From NCBI RefSeq assembly GCF_002863885.1, contig NZ_CP023673.1: 32,000 nt of DNA; one strand, written 5' to 3'. The notes below the pieces were generated by a model. The model made no database searches, was not told where the DNA came from, and saw only the letters and a list, made by a program, of their open reading frames with translations. Positions within the stretch are counted from its first letter, which is position 1. Each line of letters opens with the position of its first letter. Positions 15,088-23,352 of this stretch are shown in pieces. Source of the stretch: Escherichia coli. Lineage in GTDB: Bacteria; Pseudomonadota; Gammaproteobacteria; Enterobacterales; Enterobacteriaceae. The position numbers were made by a program, and so were the translations under genes.

Positions 15088-15615
15088 GGAACCTCCCCTG
15101 ACTAATAAGACGATAAATCCATGCTTTGCTATAACCAGTTCGCCTTTGAACTTCAGAGAGACGAATTAATGAATTGTAATTAGCCATTTATTAATATCCT
15201 GTACTAATGACGCAATCCCCCCCTCCTGCAACGAATGGCGAGAGTTTTATTTGCGTCAAATGTCGAATACGCCAAAGACCACAATATGAAAAACATATTG
15301 CGGTCTTTTATAAAAGATAGTCAGATTGTTTTGGTTTGTTCGCTCCACAAGGGTAGAGCTACCCTGCATTTCGGCAGGATCACGCTATTAGGCGTGACAT
15401 CCAGTAGTTTTAAAGAACAATTGCGCTTTGTCAGCGCCAAAGCCTGTTAAAGAACATTCCGCTTTGTCAGCGACGTAGAAGGCTCAATACACCTTCGTTT
15501 ATAAAAGAGCGATTGCCCTTCTCCAGGGCTAACTGTTAAATAGCAATCCTCTGTGAGTTTTTATCAATCTACTCCCCTATACTTTAGTAAACCCCTGTAT
15601 ACTTGTCCAGTTGTT

Positions 15616-16830
15616 TCATGCGTGTTTTTCAAACACCATATGCACCACATTTCCGCCATGCTCGAGAGAATCCATATAGTCGGCATACCATTGAAGCATC
15701 TCCCGCCTTCCATCCAGATATTGCGCATGGTTGTATGTGCCACGAATTGAGTTCTTATCAACGTGAGCGAGCTGCGTTTCTATCCACGCGGTGTTATAGC
15801 CCTGCTCATGCAAAATCGTACTCATAGTGTGCCGGAACCCATGACCAGTTACACGTCCAGCGTAGCCAATGCGCTTAAACACTTGGTTTATGCTGGCCTC
15901 GCTCATTGTTTTCCTTGGATCATTGCGCCCGGGAAACATAAGAGGGTAATTGCCTGTTATTTCTCTAATCTTCCCAATAAGCGAAAGAGCCTGCTCAGAC
16001 AATGGCACAATATGAGGCCGCCGCATTTTCATACGTGAAGCGGGTATCTCCCAGATAGCCTTGTTGAAATCAATTTCATCCCATAATGCGCCACGTAGTT
16101 CGCCAGTCCGCAAGCCGGTGATAATCAGTAGACGAGCCGCCATAACAACCAATGCGCTTCCTGAGTAACTGGACAATGCCTTGAAAAAATCAGGTAATTC
16201 TTTGGCTGTAAGGAAAGGGTAATGATTAGATTCATGGCCTTGCATCGCGCTAGTAAGGTCTGGTGCAGGGTTATACTCTGCGCGACCAGTGACTATTGCA
16301 TAGCGGAAAACTTCCCCGCACCGTTGCCTCACTTTTTTGGCTTTTTCTGTAGCACCGCGCCCCTCGATGCGACGCAGCACATTCAGAAGTTCAAGTGGTT
16401 TGATTTCGGCGATGGGTTTTTTGCCAATGTAAGGGAACACATCTTTGTTGAAGGCTTCGAGGATGTCTGAAGCATAACCAGCAGACCATTTTTTTAATTT
16501 GCTGCTGTGCCACTCAAGGGCAATATCTTTGAAGGTGTTGTTTAACTGCGTTTCCCGGGCAATCTTTTCCTCTCGTTTCGCTTCCATCGGATCGATACCA
16601 CCAGCGATACCTCTTTTCGCATCTTCACGTTTTGCCCGAGCATCGGCTAGAGTAACCTCAGGATAAACACCTAGTGCCAATAGCTTCTCTTTACCAGCTA
16701 CACGATATTTAAGTCGCCAGTATTTACCTCCATTAGGTTTTACCAAGAGATACAAACCGCCACCATCGGCCAGCTTGTAAGCCTTCTCTTTTGGCTTGGC
16801 TGTGTCTATTTGACGGGCATTGAGTTTCAC
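15616..16830 (-). CDS. P4-family tyrosine integrase
   Basis: 404-aa ORF. N-terminal LNARQIDTAKPKEKAYKLADGGGLYLLVKPNGGKYWRLKYR; catalytic-domain motifs TGLRTGEL and HGFRHTMSTILHEQGY...IETQLAHVDKN...YNHAQYL. Confidence 0.95.
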   Translation of the reverse strand: MKLNARQIDTAKPKEKAYKLADGGGLYLLVKPNGGKYWRLKYRVAGKEKLLALGVYPEVTLADARAKREDAKRGIAGGIDPMEAKREEKIARETQLNNTFKDIALEWHSSKLKKWSAGYASDILEAFNKDVFPYIGKKPIAEIKPLELLNVLRRIEGRGATEKAKKVRQRCGEVFRYAIVTGRAEYNPAPDLTSAMQGHESNHYPFLTAKELPDFFKALSSYSGSALVVMAARLLIITGLRTGELRGALWDEIDFNKAIWEIPASRMKMRRPHIVPLSEQALSLIGKIREITGNYPLMFPGRNDPRKTMSEASINQVFKRIGYAGRVTGHGFRHTMSTILHEQGYNTAWIETQLAHVDKNSIRGTYNHAQYLDGRREMLQWYADYMDSLEHGGNVVHMVFEKHA

Positions 16831-16995
16831 TTGGGGGTACCTCCACTAAACCGAACAGCAAATACCCCCATAAGTATCCCCATCTGACCGTAGATTTTGA
16901 GGGACTTTAGTAGACGTCAAAAGACGAACGGGGCTTTAATACGCGGATTATAATGGGTTTTGAAAGACTTTAGTAGACTTGGGGAGATGTTTGAA

Positions 16996-17041
16996 TGGTG
17001 CCGATAATAGGAGTCGAACCTACGACCTTCGCATTACGAAT
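16996..17041 (-). tRNA. thrW: 46-bp 3' fragment of thrW tRNA-Thr(CGU): integration (att) core, not a complete tRNA
   Basis: The reverse complement ATTCGTAATGCGAAGGTCGTAGGTTCGACTCCTATTATCGGCACCA matches the anticodon-to-CCA part of thrW. The 5' half is absent. Confidence 0.87.
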
Positions 17042-17206
17042 TAGCGAGACCAGTGATTCAAGATGTTCACAGCCGTTTCCGTATACAATAAAAATTGTAT
17101 AAAAATCAATAAAATACACACAAATGCAGTATCAAGATGTTTCGCCTTGTTTCTGATGATATCATGTTAAATGTGTACCCCACTGTGTACCCAAAAGGCT
17201 GAAGAT

Positions 17207-18526
17207 ATGACTTTTACTATTACACAAGACAGACAATTGGCTTCATTGACCGTTACTAAAGAAGAAAAAGAAATCTTATTTGCTGTAAAATCTAAAGCTG
17301 GGGGAGGACTCTTTATACGCGTTCGTTATGGTAGCGACAATAAAAGCTGGATTTATCGTTATCGAATAGCTCAAAAGCCAGCTAAATTAACACTAGGTAG
17401 TTACCCTGCCATGGGATTAGCTCAAGCTCGTAAAGCTCATGCGGATGCAATTGAATTAGTAAGAAAAGGTATAGATCCTCGTCATATTAGAAAAAATGAA
17501 AAACAAAAAAATGAACAAATGATTATTTACTCTGAATTATGGAAAGATTGGATAGAATTCAGAAAGACAAGTAAACCAATTAGCACCAGAACCCTTGCAG
17601 ATTATGAAGGGACTTATCACCGCCACCTTGAAAAAGCATTAGGAAACCTTTGCATTGACGAACTTACCAAAAGCGTTATTTTTGAACATCTCAGTAATGT
17701 AAGAAAAACCAGTTCTGAAGCAGTTCGTAAAGGATTAATTATTCTAAATATGACTCTTGATCATGCCAACTTACAGGGTATGCTTGAGCATAACCCAGCA
17801 CGACTGCTCAAACCAGCAATGTTTGGTGCATCGATGAATAAACCTCGCGAGCGATGGCTTCCTGAGAATGAACTCCGGATGCTATGGAAGGCTTTGGATG
17901 ATGCTACTGTTGGAGGAGGCTCCATTGCATCTGGTGGCTATGGAATTTCCTCTAGTGTGGTATTATCTCATTCTGTCGCAAATGCACTCCGTTTGATTAT
18001 TTTCACAGGAGTGCGCCGCTCTGAAGCGGCACAAATGCGCTGGGATCAAATTAATGGAGAGCGTTGGACCATACCAGCCACTAAAAATGGGAAAAGCCAT
18101 ATTGTTACTTTACATCCGTATATGCTTTCTTTAATAAAAACACAACGTGAATTCACTGAAGGTGCATATGTTTTTGGTTCTACTAGCAAACCTGGCTTTC
18201 CCATCACAAATGACGCTCTGACTCGCGCGTTAGAAAGGGTTCGCTCTAAGTATCTAGCCGAACTTACTCCATTTTCTCCTCATGATCTGCGTAGAAGTGT
18301 TGCGACTGGATGCGCTGAATACCTTGATGCTCCAGAGCGCCTAATAGAGTTACTGTTAAATCATGTACCCAAAGACCGTTTAATACGAACATATCAAGTC
18401 GGACAACAAGCTGAAAAATTAAAAAAATTATTTATAGAATGGGGGAATTTTATTATGAATAACGTCATTACTGTGCAGCAGAATGCTCCGGATAATGTTA
18501 TTCATATAAAATTTGGGAACAGATGA
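17207..18526 (+). CDS. Second tyrosine recombinase/integrase, divergent from the first
   Basis: 439-aa protein from ATG 17207 with N-terminal LFIRVRYGSDNKSWIYRYRIAQKPAKLTLGSYPAMGLAQARKAH and catalytic motifs TGVRRSEA and SPHDLRRSVATG...LLNHVPKD. Confidence 0.93.
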   Translation: MTFTITQDRQLASLTVTKEEKEILFAVKSKAGGGLFIRVRYGSDNKSWIYRYRIAQKPAKLTLGSYPAMGLAQARKAHADAIELVRKGIDPRHIRKNEKQKNEQMIIYSELWKDWIEFRKTSKPISTRTLADYEGTYHRHLEKALGNLCIDELTKSVIFEHLSNVRKTSSEAVRKGLIILNMTLDHANLQGMLEHNPARLLKPAMFGASMNKPRERWLPENELRMLWKALDDATVGGGSIASGGYGISSSVVLSHSVANALRLIIFTGVRRSEAAQMRWDQINGERWTIPATKNGKSHIVTLHPYMLSLIKTQREFTEGAYVFGSTSKPGFPITNDALTRALERVRSKYLAELTPFSPHDLRRSVATGCAEYLDAPERLIELLLNHVPKDRLIRTYQVGQQAEKLKKLFIEWGNFIMNNVITVQQNAPDNVIHIKFGNR

Positions 18527-18618
18527 TAAAAATACATGCATGGTCTGAGATACCCTGTCTACTCGACCATGCAGTATGGTTCAACTAAATCAGTCACAAC
18601 AAGAAATGATTAGTTTTA

Positions 18619-19467
18619 TTAGATATTGTATGGGATTATTTCTGGATAATACTTCGCAATGATGTCATTTAGCCGATCAACCAGTTCTGGTTTTCTGAAC
18701 GTGATATGCGCGGAGCCCTTCTTAAAGTATCTGATGCTGAACATCTCATCTTCATAGCAGGCTTTGCCCTGAACGGAGCGGATGTGATCATCCAGCCGAA
18801 TAATAATATTTTCCCGGCTGTCGGGGATCGGTTTGCCGCTGAACAGGTGCAGCATTCTTTCCAGGTCGGCAAGTCGATCTGCCTGTTGCCCGGTGATAAG
18901 ATGCAATCCCCACAGGTCCCACCTCACCAGATTGTTGACGATAATTTTACTGCCAAATTTACAGGGGCAATTGGTTTTGTAATTCCAGTTCAGCCCTCTG
19001 AAGACGTTGATCACCCCTCGCTCAAACACTTCATCTTTGTTCTGGTGCAGTTGTTCAAATGTGCTCAGAATGTTCGCTTCACTGATTTCCGGAAAATTAT
19101 CGTACTCCAGTGAGCTGTACCATGTATCACGGGCCTGCACATCCATTAATGACAGCATCCCGGAACGTTGCATCAGGTCACGCCAGATTTCGCGGTCAAG
19201 ATTGCGGGTGATGGCTTTCATTGCGGTTTCCGTTTTATCCATCAGCCAGCAGCCGCAGCGAAAATCCTGTTTCATGGCCCAGTCCCGGGCGGTTTTGCCG
19301 CCAATGCTTTCCGTCATTGCTGAGATTTCAGCCAGTTGCCGGATAAGTGTGTCGATTTGCAGCAGTGTACTCTTTCGTACAGCCAGAATGTGGCTGACTG
19401 AGGTGGAGCAGATAACGTCCGTATGCCCGTTGACCACTTTCGGACGGGAGGCTGTGATATCAGACAT
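18619..19467 (-). CDS. DUF4942-type island protein
   Basis: Long ORF starting MSDITASRPKVVNGHTDVICSTSVSHILAVRKSTLLQIDTLIRQL, resembling the DUF4942 protein that commonly accompanies cbtA in CP4-like islands. The extra N-terminal residues in the track come from IS DNA. Confidence 0.75.
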   Translation of the reverse strand: MSDITASRPKVVNGHTDVICSTSVSHILAVRKSTLLQIDTLIRQLAEISAMTESIGGKTARDWAMKQDFRCGCWLMDKTETAMKAITRNLDREIWRDLMQRSGMLSLMDVQARDTWYSSLEYDNFPEISEANILSTFEQLHQNKDEVFERGVINVFRGLNWNYKTNCPCKFGSKIIVNNLVRWDLWGLHLITGQQADRLADLERMLHLFSGKPIPDSRENIIIRLDDHIRSVQGKACYEDEMFSIRYFKKGSAHITFRKPELVDRLNDIIAKYYPEIIPYNI

Positions 19468-19475
19468 AATCGATA

Positions 19476-20906
19476 TTATATGAACGCATCCCGTTTGCAA
19501 AGGCATCCATTGTTCTGACATCGACGGTAGGTTGCAGCTTTATATCCGGCTTTATTGCAGCCCGGAAGCTGCGAGCCCCTATGTAATTCGCCGACTCACG
19601 CCTCATTTCCTCAGCGGGCTTTAGGCCCAATCGATTATCCAGGTTTAGTGAGTCACGGTCTTACCTGTCTTTGTCATCACGCTGGCTGCCAGAGCAACCT
19701 TTCTGCATTCACCCTTTTGTAAAGAGTTTATGTTTATCGGTATCAGCGATTAATCAGGCCTGATACTGACATGATTTTTGTCGTATTTACGTCCGTGAGC
19801 GGCTATTGCCCACACCGTTCGCGCCAGCTTGTTTGCCATTGCGACGATTGCCACGCTGGCCGGACGACGCTTTTTCAGTTCGGTTATCCATGGACCAGGT
19901 TCTTTGGTCAGTAATGCTGCCGCCCTTGCACCATGAATAAACAGGGTTCGCAGATATTTATCACCACGTTTGCTTATTCCCAGCAGGCGGATTTTTCCTC
20001 CTGAGCCTGTCTGTCTGGGCACCAGACCGATAAACGCGGCGAATTCCCGTCCCGACTTAAAGGCGGAGGCGTCTCCCATCGTGGCAACGGCAGCGGTGGC
20101 GATTAACGGCCCCACGCCTGGGATGTTCAGTAACCGCTGACAGGTTTCATTCTGTCTGGCTACCGCCTGCAGCTGCTTCTCAATGTGGTCAAGATGTTCA
20201 TCAAGTTCAGTAATTCGCTGATATTGTTCATCCAGCATGTTTATCAGGTAGAGCGGTAGCCGCTCCTTCAGACGCTCCAGGGCTTCCGGCACCTCCTTCG
20301 CCAAAGCAGCACGCCCCTTGTGCGTCGTTTCACCAAATTCCAGCAAGAGACCGTGAAGCGCGTTTATTTGTGCTGTCCTGAACTTCACCAGTTGCTGGCG
20401 CATTCGGTGTAACCCCAGCGTAGCCTGTTGCTCCTCGCTTTTAACGGCGACGGATTTTACCGGCTGCTGAACCGCCAGCCAGATGGCTCGGGCGTCCATC
20501 ACATCGTTTTTATTTCCCATCACGAATGCTTTGACGAACCGGCCTTTGAGTAATCTGACCTTATGTCCCAGTTTCTGAAGCTCACGCGCCCAGTGATGAG
20601 AACCCCCACAGGCCTCCATGCCGATAAGGCAGGGTTCACGGTTGCTGAAATATTCAAGGAATTTCTCACGCTTAACCTGCTTATCGATAATCTCTCCGGT
20701 ATGTTCATCAACGAAATGCACCTGCATAAGATGTTTTGCAATATCAACACCGACAGGGATATATTTCATGGTGTGGATCCTCCAGTCTGTTGGGAGCGAA
20801 ACGCATCCCGTTGGGCACGATGATGCCGGAAATCTGCGGGGTTCCACACTCATCTACTTAATCCCCGAGCGGCTCATTTCATAATGTTGGGATGCGTTCA
20901 TTACAT
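19476..20906 (-). mobile_element. IS110-family insertion sequence, probably IS1111 subgroup (exact ends uncertain by several nt)
   Basis: Exact 11-bp inverted repeats GAACGCATCCC (19482-19492) and GGGATGCGTTC (20889-20899) bracket a DEDD-type transposase gene. No target duplication visible. Confidence 0.82.
19750..20769 (-). CDS. IS110-family transposase (RuvC-like DEDD domain plus Transposase_20-like domain)
   Basis: MKYIPVGVDIAKHLMQVHFVDEHTGEIIDK...EACGGSHHWARELQKLGHKVRLL...NKNDVMDARAIWLA...LNIPGVGPLIATAAVATMGDASAFKSGREFAAFIGLVPRQTGSGGKIRLLGISKRGDKYLRTLFIHGARAA. Confidence 0.94.
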   Translation of the reverse strand: MKYIPVGVDIAKHLMQVHFVDEHTGEIIDKQVKREKFLEYFSNREPCLIGMEACGGSHHWARELQKLGHKVRLLKGRFVKAFVMGNKNDVMDARAIWLAVQQPVKSVAVKSEEQQATLGLHRMRQQLVKFRTAQINALHGLLLEFGETTHKGRAALAKEVPEALERLKERLPLYLINMLDEQYQRITELDEHLDHIEKQLQAVARQNETCQRLLNIPGVGPLIATAAVATMGDASAFKSGREFAAFIGLVPRQTGSGGKIRLLGISKRGDKYLRTLFIHGARAAALLTKEPGPWITELKKRRPASVAIVAMANKLARTVWAIAAHGRKYDKNHVSIRPD

Positions 20907-20929
20907 TTCCTTTTTACAAATAAATGAAA

Positions 20930-20954
20930 ACGCCAGCCCTGCTCAGGCTGGCGT
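20930..20954 (-). terminator. Intrinsic terminator downstream of the cbeA-cbtA-DUF5983-DUF957 genes
   Basis: Perfect 9-bp stem ACGCCAGCC/GGCTGGCGT with 7-nt loop; the minus-strand transcript continues into UUUUC. Confidence 0.8.
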
Positions 20955-20982
20955 CAGTGGAATGAAGAGTGGTGAATGAGAC

Positions 20983-21180
20983 TCACCGGTTCTGGTCTGG
21001 AAGCTGCAGCTGGCGCAGGGTACGGATATCCTCCCTGGCCTGTTCAATACAGGGCAACAGTGCTGCCGAATCCGTTTTATCTTCATCGTTGTCAAAGATA
21101 ATTCCCGATTCGCAGTCGATATTGTCCTGCAGCCACGCAATCAGAATATCCAGAGCGCTTTCCGTGGTTAATGATTTCAT
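20983..21180 (-). CDS. DUF957-like small island protein
   Basis: 65-aa ORF MKSLTTESALDILIAWLQDNIDCESGIIFDNDEDKTDSAALLPCIEQAREDIRTLRQLQLPDQNR with an AGGAGCAAC SD; syntenic with the cbtA region. Confidence 0.75.
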   Translation of the reverse strand: MKSLTTESALDILIAWLQDNIDCESGIIFDNDEDKTDSAALLPCIEQAREDIRTLRQLQLPDQNR

Positions 21181-21191
21181 GTTGCTCCTGG

Positions 21192-21680
21192 TTACCAGTT
21201 GAAAGTGGGTAAACCCGGCAGGCATTCAGCGCAGGCATCCAGATGAATGAGACTGACGCCATAACGTCGGGTAAGTGTGACAACCAGACGACGGAAGGTT
21301 TTTGACACCCCCAGGCGTTTAAGCCGCAGAACCGGGTACGACCACGCATCGGTACGTAACAGATAGCCACTGCCGGTAAAATGAATCCATTCTGATTCCC
21401 CGTCGTCATTAGTCTGGTGTGACAGCGAGTACAGCCAGGCGTTGTCCGTTTCCGTGATATGTGCGGTGCTGCAGCGTATGCCGCTCAGGGCAACTGAGGG
21501 GGGGATGCTGTCTGTTGAGGTCCGGTCAGATTTATCAACAACACGAAGGGAGTAGCCGTTATCGCAGACCACGTTAATCAGTTCGGCAAGCTCAACACCA
21601 TCGACGTCAACGACAATTCGCCCCATGTTCAGTGCCTGTACGTTAACGCTGTCAGCTTCCAGCGTCAGGGCCAGTTTCAT
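21192..21680 (-). CDS. DUF5983-like protein
   Basis: 162-aa ORF MKLALTLEADSVNVQALNMGRIVVDVDGVELAELINVVCDNGYSLRVV; overlaps the cbtA stop by 4 bp. Confidence 0.78.
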   Translation of the reverse strand: MKLALTLEADSVNVQALNMGRIVVDVDGVELAELINVVCDNGYSLRVVDKSDRTSTDSIPPSVALSGIRCSTAHITETDNAWLYSLSHQTNDDGESEWIHFTGSGYLLRTDAWSYPVLRLKRLGVSKTFRRLVVTLTRRYGVSLIHLDACAECLPGLPTFNW

Positions 21681-22054
21681 CGTTTTGCCTCCGTGCGTTT
21701 ACCCAGGGTAATGTCATTTACCGTTCTGTAGTGGCTGCGGGTCATCAGGCCGGTTGCCCGGCGGGCCCGGAGAATATCAATGCTGTTGATTAACTGCGAC
21801 GGGGCTCCTGCGCTGAATCCCGGCTGGTCGGTTCGTACCAGCGCGTATTTTTCAACGAGAAAGTTCACCGCATCACACAGTGAAATCCCTGCCTCAATAT
21901 GCTGCTCAATCACACGTTCATCAGCGAACGGTGTGTCATTCAGCGTGAGACCATAGTGCTGGTCCAGCAGTCGGGTGAGCAGTGTCTGCCAGATGGTGAC
22001 GGGAGACGGGCAGCCCGATGCCTCCCGTACGTGAGTGTCGGGTAATGTATTCAT
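21677..22054 (-). CDS. cbtA: CbtA (YeeV) type IV toxin, cytoskeleton-binding
   Basis: MNTLPDTHVREASGCPSPVTIWQTLLTRLLDQHYGLTLNDTPFADERVIEQHIEAGISLCDAVNFLVEKYALVRTDQPGFSAGAPSQLINSIDILRARRATGLMTRSHYRTVNDITLGKRTEAKR, nearly identical to YeeV as I recall it. Start corrected to ATG 22054. Confidence 0.95.
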   Translation of the reverse strand: MNTLPDTHVREASGCPSPVTIWQTLLTRLLDQHYGLTLNDTPFADERVIEQHIEAGISLCDAVNFLVEKYALVRTDQPGFSAGAPSQLINSIDILRARRATGLMTRSHYRTVNDITLGKRTEAKR

Positions 22055-22100
22055 CTTAAGTTCTCTGTAACAGGTGGTGATAAAGGAGAGATATCCGGTG

Positions 22101-22478
22101 TTATACGGTGGTTGCGGGCGCTGCCGGTGTCGGATAAACCGCCAGATAAACGTAACCACAGGAGCCGAGGGTGTCGGCTTCGCAGGTCAGCCCTTTCGCA
22201 TACAGTGTGACGGTATGCTGATGGCGGGGATTCAGTTCACCGCCGGTGAGCATGAGTTCCAGTTGTTTCATCAGCAGCGGAAAGGCCTGGTCCAGGTGGT
22301 ACGCATCCGCGTCGCTGAACCTGCCTCTGATACCGGCGCGGTCGGCAAGGTAATGCAACCGGTTACCCTCCTGCACCAGTCGGGCCCCGAAACAGGGCGT
22401 CACGGTGCAGGGCAGCCCCCACCAGGGGCGGTCGTGATTGTCGTCGGGAAGCATTGTCCCGGAGAGTGCGTCTGACAC
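22101..22478 (-). CDS. cbeA: CbeA (YeeU) antitoxin of the type IV TA pair
   Basis: Likely GTG start at 22478: (M)SDALSGTMLPDDNHDRPWWGLPCTVTPCFGARLVQEGNRLHYLADRAGIRGRFSDADAYHLDQAFPLLMKQLELMLTGGELNPRHQHTVTLYAKGLTCEADTLGSCGYVYLAVYPTP. Confidence 0.94.
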   Translation of the reverse strand: MSDALSGTMLPDDNHDRPWWGLPCTVTPCFGARLVQEGNRLHYLADRAGIRGRFSDADAYHLDQAFPLLMKQLELMLTGGELNPRHQHTVTLYAKGLTCEADTLGSCGYVYLAVYPTPAAPATTV

Positions 22479-22552
22479 GATAAAATCCTCACAGAAATCA
22501 GTTAAGAATGGTCCGGTGGTGGCGATAATGCTGCTCATCTGAATGCCCTGAT

Positions 22553-22774
22553 TCAGTTCAGGGTGACGCTCATCAGCCGGACATACGGGCCAAAACTGTC
22601 CTTACGGCGTTCAGCAAACACGGCCAGCACACCGGGAATATCCTGTACTTCACGACCGGTATATGTATCCGTGCTACCGTGCCAGCGGTATTTACCGGTA
22701 CAGAACGGAAAAAGACGGGATGCAGGATGCTGACGGTGAATACGCATGGCTTCACCACGGGTGATGATTTTCAT
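22553..22774 (-). CDS. yeeT: YeeT-like DUF987 protein
   Basis: 73-aa ORF MKIITRGEAMRIHRQHPASRLFPFCTGKYRWHGSTDTYTGREVQDIPGVLAVFAERRKDSFGPYVRLMSVTLN. Confidence 0.9.
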   Translation of the reverse strand: MKIITRGEAMRIHRQHPASRLFPFCTGKYRWHGSTDTYTGREVQDIPGVLAVFAERRKDSFGPYVRLMSVTLN

Positions 22775-22860
22775 GAGAATAGTCCTCCTGAATGTGAAAG
22801 TAAGAAACAGCTGAGAAAGAGAAACTGAAGTGATATGAAGGTGATTGTGACGGTGACGGG

Positions 22861-23337
22861 TTAAAGCAGACCGTGTTCCGCAAAGGAGAAAACCTGGCTG
22901 CCACCGACTATCAGATGGTCCGGCACCCGGATATCCACCAGGGCCAGTGCCTGTACCAGACGTTCCGTGATAAGGCGGTCTGCCTTGCTGGGTGTGACTT
23001 CACCGGACGGGTGATTGTGTGCCAGTACCACGGCAGCGGCATTGTGGTACAGGGCGCGTTTAATCACTTCCCGGGGATGGACTTCCGTGCGGTTAATGGT
23101 GCCGGTGAAGAGGGTTTCACCGGCAATCATCTGATTCTGGTTGTTCAGATACAGCACCCGGAATTCTTCACGCTCCAGTCCTGCCATGTTCAGAATCAGC
23201 CATTCCCGTGCCGCACGGGTGGAGGTGAAGGCCACGCCGGGTTCATGAAGATGGCGGTCCAGGGTTTTCAGGGCCCGCAGAATGAGACTGCGCTCGCCGG
23301 GCGTCATTTCTCCGGGCAGAAAGGAAAGCTGCTGCAT
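22861..23337 (-). CDS. yeeS: RadC-family (YeeS-like) JAB-domain protein
   Basis: MQQLSFLPGEMTPGERSLILRALKTLDRHLHEPGVAFTSTRAAREWLILNMAGLEREEF..., metal-binding motif LAHNHPSGEVTPSKAD. Confidence 0.93.
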   Translation of the reverse strand: MQQLSFLPGEMTPGERSLILRALKTLDRHLHEPGVAFTSTRAAREWLILNMAGLEREEFRVLYLNNQNQMIAGETLFTGTINRTEVHPREVIKRALYHNAAAVVLAHNHPSGEVTPSKADRLITERLVQALALVDIRVPDHLIVGGSQVFSFAEHGLL

Positions 23338-23352
23338 TGTCCCTGCCTCCAT

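Noticed and set aside
15235-15450. 71-aa ORF between truncated ecpC and the integrase as a real gene.
   Set aside because: No recognisable family, and it lies in rearranged junction DNA; kept as unassigned rather than reported.
16996-17041. Calling a complete tRNA-Thr gene here.
   Set aside because: Only the anticodon-loop-to-CCA part is present; the D-arm and 5' acceptor strand are replaced by unrelated sequence.
18537-18573. Inverted repeat TGCATGGTC...GACCATGCA after the second integrase as a terminator.
   Set aside because: The 19-nt loop is long and no T-run follows, so terminator function is not supported.
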